DNA of 61,267 bases, counting the filler, from Platydemus manokwari (Eukaryota), in NCBI GenBank assembly GCA_037951405.1. It is 6 parts of 6 records of this genome, joined end to end, with 100 filler letters (N's around TTAATTAATTAA, not from the genome) between each part and the next. Parts side by side here need not be neighbours in the genome. Positions count along the whole stretch, not along the records: positions 9,465 to 20,224 come from JBBMOY011107997.1; positions 20,325 to 29,319 come from JBBMOY011317316.1; 4 more parts are not named here. One strand, written 5' to 3'. Under the pieces are notes generated by a model that saw only the letters and a program-made list of their open reading frames with translations, did no database searches and was not told the origin of the DNA. The first letter of the stretch is position 1, and every line of letters starts with the position of its first letter. Below are positions 11,728-25,985 of the stretch, in pieces. The translations under genes were made by a program, and so were the position numbers.

Positions 11728-12063
11728 TTAAGTTAAAAAAGGGGTTCTTTGACCTACGTTGGTAATAATGATTTTTTGCGCATGAGATAATTTCACTTCT
11801 GAATTTTATTTATAATTGCGATTTTTGATTGATTCGTATAATTGCAATTCGACGTACTTTGATCTGTTTTTCAAATAATCAAATTTCAGGAAATTTTGAG
11901 GCTCTATTGTATGCAATATTTGTTTTCAAATAACTAGAATTCTTCTTTAATATTTAAAAAAATCAAAATGTTTTTAACGAATATAATTAAATAAATCGTA
12001 TAGATTTTTGCAATACTCTCAGCAAATTAAAAATTTTATTTTAGGGCCTTTTTTCTTAACTTT
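11728..12063 (-). mobile_element. MITE family A copy (inverted, internally deleted)
   Basis: TIRs TTAAGTTAAAAAAGGGGTTC ... GGGCCTTTTTTCTTAACTTT, with the reverse-complement core TTTCAAATAATCAAATTTCAGG. Confidence 0.7.
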
Positions 12064-13970
12064 ATCACGAAAATCGAAAATATCGAACATTTTTTTTACA
12101 TTGAAAATTAAAAAGCTATAAGCATTATTTCAAATTTATTCATTATTATTTTCTTCCATATTTGTAAATAAATATTGTATTGATATATATTAATGCCCTT
12201 TTAATAACATAATAAGCTTTAAATTTCAATGTAACGGAACAATTATCAGAGAAATTAATTTTAAAATTCGTAAGTATTATTTTGGCTTGTGTGTATAGAA
12301 ATAAATAAAGGAATTAAAAATGAGCTGAAAAGTACGCATCGAACAACACGAATCAGCTGATTATTAATTTAATTCATATTTTTAATTTAGATTTTACATG
12401 GAAAATGTTATTTCATAACATTTTCATTACCATCAGCTATAAGGATTACATATATGTATTCTATCACTCAAATCAGTCATTATTTTTCGTCCGCAATATA
12501 TGGCATCGTCTATTTTTTGTCATTAGCCATACATTTTTCTGGTATAACTCAGATTGGATAATGACTTTTTATAATTTTATGGTGCTTCACCAACAGGATA
12601 TAAATTCATGTTTTTATTTTTTCTGTTTGATGGTTAACCTATCGAGAGATATAATAATATAATAATATATTTTTAAATAACAAGTAATTTTGATTAAAAA
12701 TTTAAATCATTTTTTAAGGATTTAATAATAATTATTATATTTATAAGAAAAATTAAGAAGAAAAATAAATATAATTAAAAATTGGATTTAAATAATAAAC
12801 TCGTTTCGAAAAACGAGATTTTTGATAGAAATTCGGAAGAAATGCACAAGATTGGATTAATCAAGGATTAGAATAGGAATATATGAGAAAATGTGAAATT
12901 CTCACAAGTATATTATAAACTTCGACAAGACAGATGGAATAACTAGGTAAATGACTTCCATGTATCATGTTCAAAAAATAAATGGTCAACCAATTCAAAT
13001 CGTCAAACCATTTCAAATCGCCAGAGTGTAAATAAACGATGACAATATTTCAAGTTATAATTATTCTTGGAAATTCTTTGTACTATTTTTATTCGGATAT
13101 GTTAGTCACTCTCTTAATATTATGCATATCTTTGAGAGTTTTCAATTTCCATTGTATAAAGCTAATATCAAATAACTAAATTTAACTAACAATTGAGGTG
13201 CAAGAATAACCATGAATGAAAAAGAGCTGAGTGAAAAATATCATCAATAAATAATCGATATAAACATAATTAAATTATTAATTTATATAAAAATTCAATA
13301 AAAAGAAATTAATAAGCTTAAGCACTTTATTTAGGACACAAATTCGATAAAACATAATTCGGTGAACACAGTTAATGAAAGCAGGAATTATAATTGATAA
13401 CTGGTGAACTACTATTAGGATATCATTGTAGCGATATTGTGAATATTTGAATTATACGTCGAAATAGTTATTGAAAATGACATTTCAGTGCAGAAATTTG
13501 AAAAGAAATGTAATAAAAGTAGTAAATGTATTTTTTTTATTATTTATTTGTTTGTTTTAAAACTATTAATGAAACATGTATTTCAGCATTTAAGTAACTA
13601 TTACCTTTTAAAATTAATGCTCTTAAACGGCTATCTTCCATTCAAAGAGTTACATTAAGCAAATGTTTTCAATTTTATGTTGTACGAATTCAACTAATTT
13701 CAAGTAATCATTATGAGACAAATTGATCAAAATTTCTTAAAAAATGGTGCTTGTAATTTGATAAATATTTTTGTTCTGTACATTCAAAGATTGTTGCTAA
13801 AAGCAATTACCTTACACAATCATTTCTTATTATAATAAATTGTCAAAAAACATTATAATTCCATTTGTATTGGCACTGATTGTGAAAGTAATATTTAATT
13901 GATCCAAACTGACATCTAGATATAAAAGAACTCACATAAAAATATTAACACGAAATTAGTGTTGGGTAAA

Positions 13971-14399
13971 TCACAAATCAATGAAAATGGTCACTATAAC
14001 CAAGAAAAAAAATCCTAAAAGTGGTCAATACACACTTACCGCTAACCAATCAGATTCTTTCTACTGTTAATCCATATTTAAAAGCTAAGAATCGATAGAC
14101 AAATGTCTACAAACGGTAGCAAGCTCAAATATCCGCCAATACCACTGGACATACGAAGAAATTTTCAAGTAAATCGATTCGTAAACAAATGCACCAAATA
14201 TAAAAAGAAGTTTCTCGACATCAAGCAGACACATAAAAGAGATTGATTTCCATGAATATCTGCCACTTTCTTTTTTGGTCGATAACTTGAATATTGAGCT
14301 CATCTTTGTGTGATTTTTAGTAATCAGTCTTTTAGATTACTTTCAATTCTGTTTTTGACTTTCGGTCACTGATCTCGTCTTGAGTGATTTACTTTGTGA
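13971..14399 (+). mobile_element. Interspersed repeat family B (MITE-like)
   Basis: Colinear with 18253-18701 (ACCGCTAACCAATCAGATTC, GTTAATCCATATTTA, ACATCAAGCAGAC). Ends TCACAAA..TTTGTGA. Confidence 0.65.
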
Positions 14400-15367
14400 A
14401 TAGTGAAAAGATTTACTGTAAGTATTAAGATTCTCATTGTGATATTTTGGTTAATACAGTTTTCAGATCTAAATTGTTGATTGATAATACAACATTAACA
14501 ATATACACGAGAACACAATTAATATTTTTCTCAAAAACATAGTAGTGATTCGAATGAACTTGCCCAACTAGCTAGTTTATTGGAATCAAACAATAATATT
14601 GAGTGAGATGAAATTCTGCAAAAGAAAAACGTATTTGCACCTTAGAACCCCTATTTAATCTTTAAACATTGGCATCCCTACCCAACCACACATGCATAAC
14701 AGCTAGTCAATAATTACGGAGTTGAATGTTAAACGACAATTGGAAAAAAAGAACATGGCCACACTACAACACATACATAGATATTGACCAATCCTACTCA
14801 TCCTTAAACTAACAAGCCGGATAGGAACATGGAAAAGCAAAGATCGAATCAAAACATGATGAAACATGTCACAAAAATTACACACAGATTTCGAGTATAA
14901 ACATCGATGTAAAGATGGTCAGTGCCCAATTGGAAGTCAGGTTTTGTTATATTCTTCAGTTGAGTGTGATTATGAATTTTATAAGTCGGACTGAGTACGC
15001 AATTGAAAATAAAGTAAAGGCCTTCTAGTTTTTGGAGTAAGCGATTTGTCAATTATTGAGAAGTATCCCAACAATATACAAAAACCATATTTCGAAAACA
15101 AAAATTAATAAATAATAATAAATTGAATTAATAAATTTTTTTATTTATCAATGGATTACTTTCACGTGATAAATATTAGTTTTTAATAAAATATTACATC
15201 GATGAAGTGTACCGATATGTGTGTGTACAAAATGATATTCAAAGAGTGACTAAAGTGTGCAAAATTCAATTTCTACACAATACATTTCATTGAAACTAGT
15301 GTATTTGAGAAGTAGTAAAGTATAGTTAAGAAGATTGTACTTTACCAGTCTAGGACACACGTAATAG

Positions 15368-15472
15368 CAGAGGTGGCCAACTTTTGTGTACTTAAGATCG
15401 ACTTTACATTTGAATAGCGTCTCACACGACCGACTAAAACTGGCTTCAAGATCGACCGGTTGGCCACTCTTG
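15368..15472 (-). mobile_element. hAT MITE (~105 bp)
   Basis: TIRs CAGAGGTGGCCAAC / GTTGGCCACTCTTG. Reverse complement of the copy at 54163-54269. Confidence 0.8.
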
Positions 15473-18252
15473 ATATATAGTATCCAATTTTATTACGGAA
15501 ATTTACTTAAACAATTAAAAGGAATTTCTGAGTTCCGAGATCAGCGCAATTATTAAGTCTAACTCCTCGATTGACAACTATTTGATCATAGAGTTTGTAG
15601 TCTATTAAACATTTTAAAGAGTTACTGTATTTAAGAAATTTGTGTAAACAGAATAGTTTTGTTATCACTCTTAGAGTAAACCTGAAATAGTATTGAGATG
15701 CACAAGCTGAGTTTGAGTAATTTCAAACTTAAAATTTTTTCTGAAAATATTACAAAAAGATATGCCAGTAAAAGGATAATGATTTTTATATATTTAATAC
15801 CAGGGCATAATTTAATATCTCATTAAATAGTGGAATGCTAATCCAAGTAGTAATCAATTTCGTTAATCATGATGAGAAATAGAATGATGTTAATAGCTGA
15901 TATATCTATAATGCTTTATGACGAACAATGTTTTTATTATTTCCCTTAGGATTGTTTTATATATTTATAAATATATTATTAATATCATTGTACCAATTCT
16001 ACTTGTATAATGTACTCGCAATTTGCTGAAACCAAATAAAATTTTGAAACTCAGGGAAATAAAATTATTGCAAAAATTAATTTTTATTTATAAAATAAAA
16101 CGAAAACAAACTTTGGAAATTGAATTTGCTTCGAGTTGGTAAATATTTAAACAAAGATGAATAGAAGTTTCAGTTGCCACTGCAGAAAATTGTGTAGATA
16201 TTGTTATTCATTAAATTTTTCAGAATAATTGATGGATAAATCTCTACTTAATGTCAATATTTGCATGAGGAGATTTTCTCATGTTAGGTCTGATAAAAAA
16301 TTATATAATCAAAAATTTATGACATAATAAATAAGAATTTGTGATGAAAATATTTTCCAAATATCTTTCACTACCAATTTAGCCTTAAAATTATTTATGA
16401 CTCTAGAGAAATTCTTGACATTCACATTGAATATTTTCATTGAACCTCTCAATATCATTTTATATCATGTCATTTATATGATTTTCAAATAATTTGTCCT
16501 ATTATAATTTATCATTTTAATAAGAACCTAATATGAACTATTAAATTTGATAATCTTTATCATTTTATTTCATTTCAAATATATTAATTTGTGTTTATGC
16601 CATATCATAACATTTTACTTCATTTATATAAGAGATACTTCACAAATTACGTTAGATTGTGGGTAATTTATTTCGTTTAATATCCATAAAAACTTATTTT
16701 CTTACTTTTTACTTATATCATTTCAACTGATTTAATTATATTTATTCTGCTGAATTATTTGAAAAATGAAGATAAAAACAGGGTGACAGTTCTAGCAATT
16801 ATAAAATGATGACAAAATTATGTATAGTTCTAGATTAATTTAAAATACGTTAATGTTTGCCCGTGATTTTAAATTTTTTATCAGTTTTAATAATTTTTTT
16901 AGCTTTTAGTTAACATACTTAATATCACAGATGAGACTGATATACAATCATGATAGATATTCAGTCAAATAGTAAATTAATAGACTCTAAATGAATTTTA
17001 TGTCCATGTCCGCTTTTGTCCAACTTATTAAATAACAGATCTTAACCGATACTGCTAACTAGAAAAGACTATGGAACCCATCTGTCAGTAGACTTTATAT
17101 TAAAGTTCATACCGGTTTAATCAACTATATCTTTAATCGCTTACACTTTTATCCATTTAATATTCTAAGAAAATCTAATAATAGATACTGTTTTTATAAA
17201 GATGTTCTTTTTATTTTATTATCAAAAAATAAATATTTGAATTTCTGGGAAATATATTGAAGCTTTCGAAACAGAGAAACGAAATCGCTGCAACTGATAT
17301 TAAACGTGGCTTATACACAATGTCTAGACGGTGAAGAATCTAAATATTCAACCAATTTCAAGATGAACGAAATTAATATGTTCAAATAAATTAATCAAGA
17401 TATATAATTTTGAAATAGAATTGCAAATTCATATCACGAAGAATCTAAAATCAAAAAGGCAAATCATCAGATTTTTATTCACAAATTTATTTACAGCTGA
17501 AGAGAGAAAATAATAAATAATATTAAAAGTATTAAACAAAAGTCTTAAGATATTATTTTCAATAAATCAAGACTTAGATTGAAATATCCTATTAATAGAA
17601 AATGATATTAACCATATTGAATTATGCTAAGAATAATATTTAGTAGTTAAATTGACCCTCAATAATATGTATAATTATACTTTTGAACTTTTTAGGGGGA
17701 TAACAACTAATTATCTGAACACATTACAAATATCGAATTGCCAGTCTTATTTTATTGATAAAACCAAATATTGGATTGTTAAGTTGTGTATTAATAAAAT
17801 TCCAAGCAACTATCTTAACCTGATGATAACATTGTAATGATTGATTCAACAATATAGCAATGGACAATATAATTCACGATTTTGTTTCACAATTTTCATT
17901 TTTATTTCATGTATAACGTATGATTAGTTTTGTATTTTTTCAAAAATCCATGTATGAAATAATTATTAATTTTGTTTTTTTCTATATAAGAATCAAGGAA
18001 TGAGCTAATGATAATTAGATAATTATTAAATTTAAATTAATTAAGAAAAAAGAAAAAAAATATTAATTAATGACAAAACAAAAATCTTTCAAAACTCAAA
18101 CAAATCTATTTATGTAAGTAACACCTACGTGTTGAATAGATAAAATAACATTTTTATAATCGCCAAACCGTTTTGTTTTATATAATTCTTCAAATATTAC
18201 CAAAAATATTTTTAATTAATATGCATAGTTCATAAATTTGTGCTGGGTTATA

Positions 18253-18701
18253 TCAGAAATCAATCAAAAAGGTCACTATAAACACGAAAAAACACTAAAT
18301 AGGGTCAGTTCACACAGAACCGATAAACACACTCACCGCTAACCAATCAGATTCGTTCTAATGTTAATCCATATTTAGAAACTAAGAATCGATAAACACC
18401 TACAAACAGAAACAAGCTCAAGTATCCACCAATGGCACGAAAAATATTATGAAAATCTCAAGTAAATCGATCAATAAACAAATTCAGCGAATTGAAAACG
18501 AAGATCCGTGACATCAAGCAGACTCACTAGATAGGTTATTATAAAAGAGGTTGAGTTCCATGGAGTCCTGCTAGACTTTTTTGGTCGGTAACTTCAGTGC
18601 TTAGCTTTTGTCTGATTTTAAGTAATCAGTCTTTTTGATTACTTTGCATTCTATGTTTGACTTTCGGGCTCTGATCCTATCTTGATTGATTTTCTTTGTG
18701 A
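18253..18701 (+). mobile_element. Interspersed repeat family B copy
   Basis: Direct repeat of 13971-14399 with inverted ends AAATCAATCAA / TTGATTGATTT. Confidence 0.65.
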
Positions 18702-19706
18702 ATTGCGTTGAGATGATTTAATAAAATATCTTTCCTTCAACTCGATTGAAATGGCTGTTTACTAAGAAGTTTAACAGGTGAGTGATTTTGTGACTGACAA
18801 ACTTTATTATTATTATCATTTTACAATTGCCTTAGTCATTATGACACTTAATATTTCAATTATTCTGAATCCATGTGAGGTAAATTTTTATTGACGTTAT
18901 AATTAACTGCATATCAACTGCTATTTTGAAGATTATGGTCTTTTCATATCTAAAAATTAGCTCAAACTTGGTCACACCTAATTTATTTTACAGGGGGCTT
19001 GTCCGATAACTAAGTTGTCATACCTTTTATTGTTCTTTTGAGGTATTTTACGTCCTCAACAGTCATTATTTATCTACTGATTATTTAAAATTTAATCTAA
19101 ATAAATCAAATATATTTTATAGGCTTGTCTCGATTGTCATTGATGGTAATATAATTAGTATTTATATTTTAAAAATTAATTCATTGTATTGTCCCGGGAT
19201 TATTTAGCAGCAACAACCTTTATTCGTTAAAGTCCAGATAAAGAACTTCTGAATCTAAAAAAACAATCTTTGAAAATAAACTTAAGTTATTTGTCATTAA
19301 TACAAGATAATTCTGAAACTCCCAACAATTAATTTTTAAATGATAATTTCTTAAGTGTCAAAAATTAGTGTATAGAACTAGCAATTATGTTTAAAACTTA
19401 TTCCATGTATACCATTTCATTTAAACCAATATTGTTTTATTAAGTCAATTCATTTTTAATTATTTCATTTAAAAAATCATCAACTATGATTCCAAAATAT
19501 TTGTTAAAAAAAATGTATAATTTTTATTTTAAGCAAAACTCACAGCTGTACAAATTATATTTGAAAATGAATTCCAGTCATCATAAATATCTCACTTATG
19601 CAGCTATTGATATTTGTGATATTGCGTAATTTTTACATTTTATTTCTGTAAATACTATTATTCACTTGTAAAATTCAATATCTGAAAAATATTACATATC
19701 TAATAG

Positions 19707-19852
19707 AATCGGTTTAGAAAAGACGACAACGTTTTGGAAATTAATTTCGGTTTGGGTTATGGGCTAGAAAAGGTCATAGAGGTTTTAGCTGAAGGCAATG
19801 GGAAATTGTTTGGCATTGAATTGTCGGAATATTTAGTTTCTAAAGCTTACAA
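19707..19852 (+). CDS. Internal exon of a class I SAM-dependent methyltransferase
   Basis: AG...GTAAGC-bounded exon encoding DDNVLEINFGLGYGLEKVIEVLAEGNGKLFGIELSEYLVSKAY (motif I plus post-I acidic residue). Confidence 0.65.
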
Positions 19853-20224
19853 GTAAGCATATATTTATATTGTTTAATTATCTTTTTAAGAGTAAATCAT
19901 TAAAATTTTAAATGGATTTTGGTATTTATAATATTTTTTTAAATTTATGAATGTTGATTATGAAATTCGATATTACTAAAGTAGATTAAAAAACTGAGTT
20001 ATGTTTTCGGCCATAAATATTAGTTGGTAAAATTTTCTTATTGTGTTGATATTATCATTTCTTCCATGCATATTATTGATTTTGAAAAAAATTTTACTGA
20101 TTTTCCCATAAGTATTTCTTTATACTTCCTTAATAATGTCATACTTGTTCAATCTTCTATTTATCAAATAACCTTAGCCTAGACATCTTTTAAAATTTCT
20201 CGTGCCTAAACTCTCCTTATTATA

Positions 20225-20324
20225 NNNNNNNNNNNNNNNNNNNNNNNNNNNNNNNNNNNNNNNNNNNNTTAATTAATTAANNNNNNNNNNNNNNNNNNNN
20301 NNNNNNNNNNNNNNNNNNNNNNNN
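20225..20324. other. Artificial contig spacer
   Basis: Same 100-bp linker. Confidence 0.95.
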
Positions 20325-20367
20325 GAATCGTAAAAAATCGTATTTTATCATATTCTGTTAATTATAA

Positions 20368-20448
20368 TTGTCTATATATTTGTGAATAAATGTCTTTATA
20401 TGATTGAATAAATGTCTATATATTTTTGAATAAATGTCTATATATTTA
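20368..20448. repeat. Minisatellite, ~22-bp unit x3-4
   Basis: Repeats of GAATAAATGTCTATATATTT. Confidence 0.75.
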
Positions 20449-21922
20449 TGCATAACCCTGTATTGTAAAACCAGTTTAAAATATCTATTAAAACACAAGT
20501 AAATATTAATACTACTTAAAAACGTTTGAAAAATTAGTCCTATGATAAAAATACCCATAAATCAATAATAATAAATAACCAGTTTTGTATTATCGAGCAG
20601 TAAATTAGCTATCACTAATACAGTAAATAAAATATTAAGCCAGGATAAATTAAATGGCCATGAATAAAACAAAATGTGTTAGCTGCTAACACTTTTTCAT
20701 GTTTCATGTTTAATTGAGAAGACATAACTTTACCGCACAAATAATATATTTTTACAGCACAGCTTTTTCAAACAAATATTCGATAATTTTCAACATTCTT
20801 TAAAAATTCAAAGTAAAATTAATTTAAAATTAAAATGCACATTTTAAAAATCATTTTTTAACATATTCTTTTTTAACAAATTGAGAGATTACAGTGATGG
20901 TTTGAGCAAGACCATTTTATAAATACAAATATTAAATATTTTTAATATAATAAATGAAAAATATTTTGTAATTATTAATCTCTTTTGAATTATAAACTTG
21001 ACAAAATGTATTTAACAGGAGGTAATCTCACTATGATACAGTAGAATTAATGTCTCTCTGTCACAATAAATTCCAGTGCAAGAAAGATATAGGCACTGCA
21101 TTGAATAAATATTAGTAGGGAATAGCTACGAATGAGTCACCGCTGCCTACTCAATGTAGTAGCCGCAATTTTAACAGACATAGTTATTACGTAGCTATTA
21201 CATACGAAGTCCGACTGCGGTATAGAAGCGCTATAATTCGTAACATCGGAATTAAGATCCAGCGGAACAAAAGAAGATTTTATTACATAAGGGTTCCAAA
21301 ATTTGTACACGTAGGAAGATCCAGTATGCCATAATGTTACAGAACCAGATTATCAAATTAAGGATTTTAATCAATCTTAATCTTTGTATTCTCGACAACC
21401 ATAATGGAATCATCTCAATCCTTGTCTTATACATTATTTCGATAAGTATTTGTAATCTATTAAATTGATGTAAAACTTGTTTGATTAATACAAATACAGA
21501 GCAACACGAAAATATTATAATTATTTTGATAAACTTTAAAATTTTATCAATTTTATCCAGTGGTTCGATTTATTTAATTAATGTTTTTTAAAATATAAAA
21601 TAATAAAATATTTGTATTTGTTTTGATAGTTAACATAAATTTTCATAATTTGAAAACGATAACGAGTAAAGCAGAAAATAATTTTTTAAAATCTTGTTAT
21701 AAAAAAACTTTTAATTAAAAAATATTTATTAAACTTTAGAATTTAATTTTAATATTTAATATTTATTACATCGATAACTAAAAAGTCTCATTGATAAGTA
21801 TGGATAATGAAGTTATCATTAGTAAGCCAGTTAAAATATATAAGCGACAAAGGTTTCTGTCTTGCCCTTCAATTAATGTATGGAGATTATAACCAATGAA
21901 TCATGTTAATGTTGAAATGTAG

Positions 21923-24900
21923 GAACATTTGACTACTTCCGCATTAATTCCGAATGTACCACAAATCGAAGAATTCGATTCTTTACGTACAAATTATACA
22001 AGGCTCCATAGCACCAATTCCGAGCCAGAATCGCCTGAATTGTTTCAATCGAATGAAATTGGTGTGAGATCATTTAACACTTGGCGACCTCGAAAGAATA
22101 GCACAACATACGAAATTGATATCTTGCAATCGGTAGCCTATCGAGCTACATCCGCTCTAAATGAAGATCGCGTTCTGAATGAAATGAATGTCGATACGAA
22201 GCTGGTTCTCGATTCAAAACCGAATCCAGTGGAAATGTTTTACAAAGATCGAAAACAGAATCCATTCAAATCTGATCTGTATTTGCGAGTTCTCTATTTG
22301 GTGATTGATTGCTTGTTATCATGGTGACAAATATTGATTATTGTTTTTCATATAGATCGGTTCAATGACAGCCAGCGATGATGAAATGGATCGAAATTCG
22401 ATCATTATTCAGGATCAATTTCTCAGCGATGAGCAGATCAGAGAGAATCAATTGAAGGAGCAATTGGGTGGAGTTGAGCGAATGAAACATGAACTGGCCA
22501 GTGGCGATATCGGCCAACCCAGAAGCGGTATGATTGACAATATTGATTATTTTCTGTGGAGAAATCGGTTTTTATGGTCTTCGGGTGATGATGTGATATC
22601 GTTATGGTGTGTGTGTGCGTGCATGCTTGATTATCATTTGATTTGAGTGCGTGTGTGTGTGCGTGCATCAATGGGGCTCTGTGATTGGCTAGATTGTTGA
22701 TGTTATTTCTTATTGAAGATATTGTTGATTTATTGTGTGACGATGTCGCCATTGGCTGATGTGGAACACAGGATGTCCCGCATCGATCACCCACATTAAC
22801 CATTAGCTGCCAAACCATTTAATAAATTTTATTTTCAAAATCTCCACCAATTAGCTGCTCAACAAATCGATCGAATACGTCTCAACAGCCCTTCATCGAT
22901 GTCACGAGTAGGCGCGAATTCCATTTTCAAGTAGTTCATCAGAGGTTTCAGGGTGACACTGATTCATCACTTCTTTGGAATGACGTCACAGAAAGATCTT
23001 GCGGGGAGGGGGTGCCCCATAATATTTGTCCGGTGATCATTCCAGGAGTCTGGAGTGTTACGGTTGAAATAATTGATGACGAGTCAGTAGATATGTGCTG
23101 CGGTTCCATGCTACATGAGCACACCTTGGCGTTCCGCATTATCTGGACTCATGTTTGGAAGCACAACTAATGATTTTCACTATTAATAGTTGTTCTGAAC
23201 AAATAGGCGCAGTAATTCCTTGAGCGACAGGGCCGCCAATACAGTGTAACTGAGTTGATCCATCGATTTTGTATAAAGATAATTTTAATGTTTATCGATG
23301 AGCACAATCATGATGATTTATTGATTCATTAAAATAGAAAAAGACACCAATTATCCCAATAATTTTCTCCATCAGTTGAGGATCTTGTTGTAATCATCGA
23401 TCAGGCTTATCCATATTAAGCTCCTGAACTGATAGTGATGAGACCCAAATCGATTTAAAATTGAGATCAACCAAGGATTCTGTGCATGTGGCATTCTAAA
23501 ATGCTCTTATTAAGGGATAAAATATCACCAATTTTATTCACAACATTAGCAATTTGATCAACTTTATTGATGCCATTGCCATCACCATGGTTGACGTGTG
23601 ATTTTTCTTCAACATTTTACAATCGATTCCAATCTCTCAATGAAAGCAGGAATTGATCTGTAATCGATTTAACATCGACAATATCTTCAAAATGTCGACG
23701 TAATTCGCGACAATTGACTGTTTTAGTAAAATTCTTTACAATCAAGTTGCGCTTTTTATTGATTTGACCTGGTGATATGGTTGAAAATGAGTAGTGCACA
23801 CACTAATGAAAAATATTTATTTAGATTTGAGAGAGTTAGCTGTGGATCACCCTGTATTATTATTGATTAATTCTCTTAATACTTGCAATGATATCACCTG
23901 TTCCGCGTTAAAATAATGATATCGATGACTGGTGCATCCCCTATCGATAATCATGGTTGCCATAGTTATTAATAATCACATAGCTAAATATCAGTATTGA
24001 GAATTGATATTCAATTTGATATCGGCATTTCCACATTGTCACAAATCATCATGTTCGTATTGGTATCGGCCTTCCAGTTGAAATTAATGTCTATATTGAC
24101 TGCTATTTAAGTATTGTTATATATAATTGGTTTATTTAATTTTATCGGTAGTATATAAATGGCCAATGCTTTCAACAGAATTGTACATGTATTGTCGATG
24201 ATATCTATTAGTTTTAACTGTCAATATTACTAATATATCGGTATGTGTCAGAGATGCGGTTAATTGATTGAAACATAGAAAATTCCAATTGAAGTACTTT
24301 CTACTTGCGTCAATTTCACTGCTAGATAATTAGCTTGTTGATTGATTTGAATCCACGATCATTACACACACACACACACACATTCACAGGATCATTATCA
24401 TTTTTCCTTTAACCTATGCAGAAATTCATTTTTGTTTCATATCAACACATCCGTCACAATTTTGGCTTTTTTATTTGATTGTGATATCAGAAATCAATGT
24501 TTTCGAGTTTCATAATGGCACTGATATTGATATCGATATTGCCCAGTTTTAATCGATTAATATTTCCTACAATATTTACAATACTATTGGTAAATTATTG
24601 ATTGTTAATTGTTTTCTCTGTGATAATCAATAAAAATTAATGTCATATATTTGTCGCAAAGCATGCGGTTATTGACATAGAATATACAATTGAAAGGCGG
24701 AGATCAAATTATTAGGTGTCATTTATAAGTGTTGACATGGAATAAATGGTGTTATTTGTGGAAAATAATCCGTCGTCAATATCATTTATAATCTATTATT
24801 CATTATCATTTATTTAAATTAGGCACTTGTAATATGAACTTCACATTTTGTGACCACCCAAAATTATATCATTCATTCACATTTATCGAATACATCTGTT

Positions 24901-25949
24901 TGATTTTACCTGATCATGGGCGCCTCGTACCCATCAGTTGCCAGATTTAATATTTTAGGATTATTTTATTAATATTTTATCATTACTTTACAATATTTTT
25001 ATCTTGATTTTTTGATTGGGTGTTCCTGTAAATAATCTCAATCTAAAATGATATAAATGAAAATTATGTTGATGAAATTATTTCTTCAAGTCAGGGGTCT
25101 CCAGACTCCAGCCCATAAGATAAAAATATAAAATTATATATGACAGGCTGGTCAGATAATCACGTGATTATTAGCAACAACTAAGATCTCTGAAACAATA
25201 TTTTTATCGAATTAATTTGATTTCAAAACCGTTTTTTAACAGCTGGAGAATATCATCAGGATATACAGCTAATGCAAAACATACCCTTTAATGCAATATC
25301 GTAGTTCGTTATATTATATTATATTTCATACACTGGAAATAAAAATTTAATCATTTCACTCAAATGGTTTAGATAACCTGTTAATTTCCTGTCAACAACT
25401 AAAAATTAACAATGTGTGTGTATGAATATATGAGGAGAATAATAATTGATCAAAATGTTCTCCTAGATTTTAAATTATAAATTAATTGAAGATGATTTTG
25501 TGTGTTAATTTGATCAAACTAATTCCGACATGATTTAATTAAATAAAAATTTTAAAAATCGCCGAAATATCAAGGAGAAATAAGATCAGTTTCAATGAGA
25601 TATTATTTTGAAAATATAAATTTATTTTTATTGGATTTTATCGATCGAAATATTTATAAATAATTAATTGATTTTTACGATGAAATCATTTGGAATTTAA
25701 ATATTATACTAATATAAATCACAAATATAATATGCAGCCATTTAATAATTATTTATAATATAAATTTCGATAATTTTATTAACTTTGACCCGAATGAAAT
25801 CCATACGAAATACATTAATTCGAATGTCATTCATGTTCGATTATAATCGTATTAATCTGTAATAATAATAATAATAAGATTTCGTCAACTATTTTTCAAG
25901 TTCAATAATTCAATATTATGAAATTATATTTGTATTAATTTCATTATTG

Positions 25950-25985
<36 letters not shown>

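Noticed and set aside
21115-21205. Short inverted repeat AATAGCTACG...CGTAGCTATT
   Set aside because: Single copy with no TSD. Insufficient support.
23617-23799. RRM-like peptide RNLIVKNFTKTVNCRELRRHF
   Set aside because: No RNP1, no real start codon and no partner exons. Likely chance.
25092-25150. hAT-like end CAGGGGTCTCCAGAC
   Set aside because: No matching second TIR or TSD.
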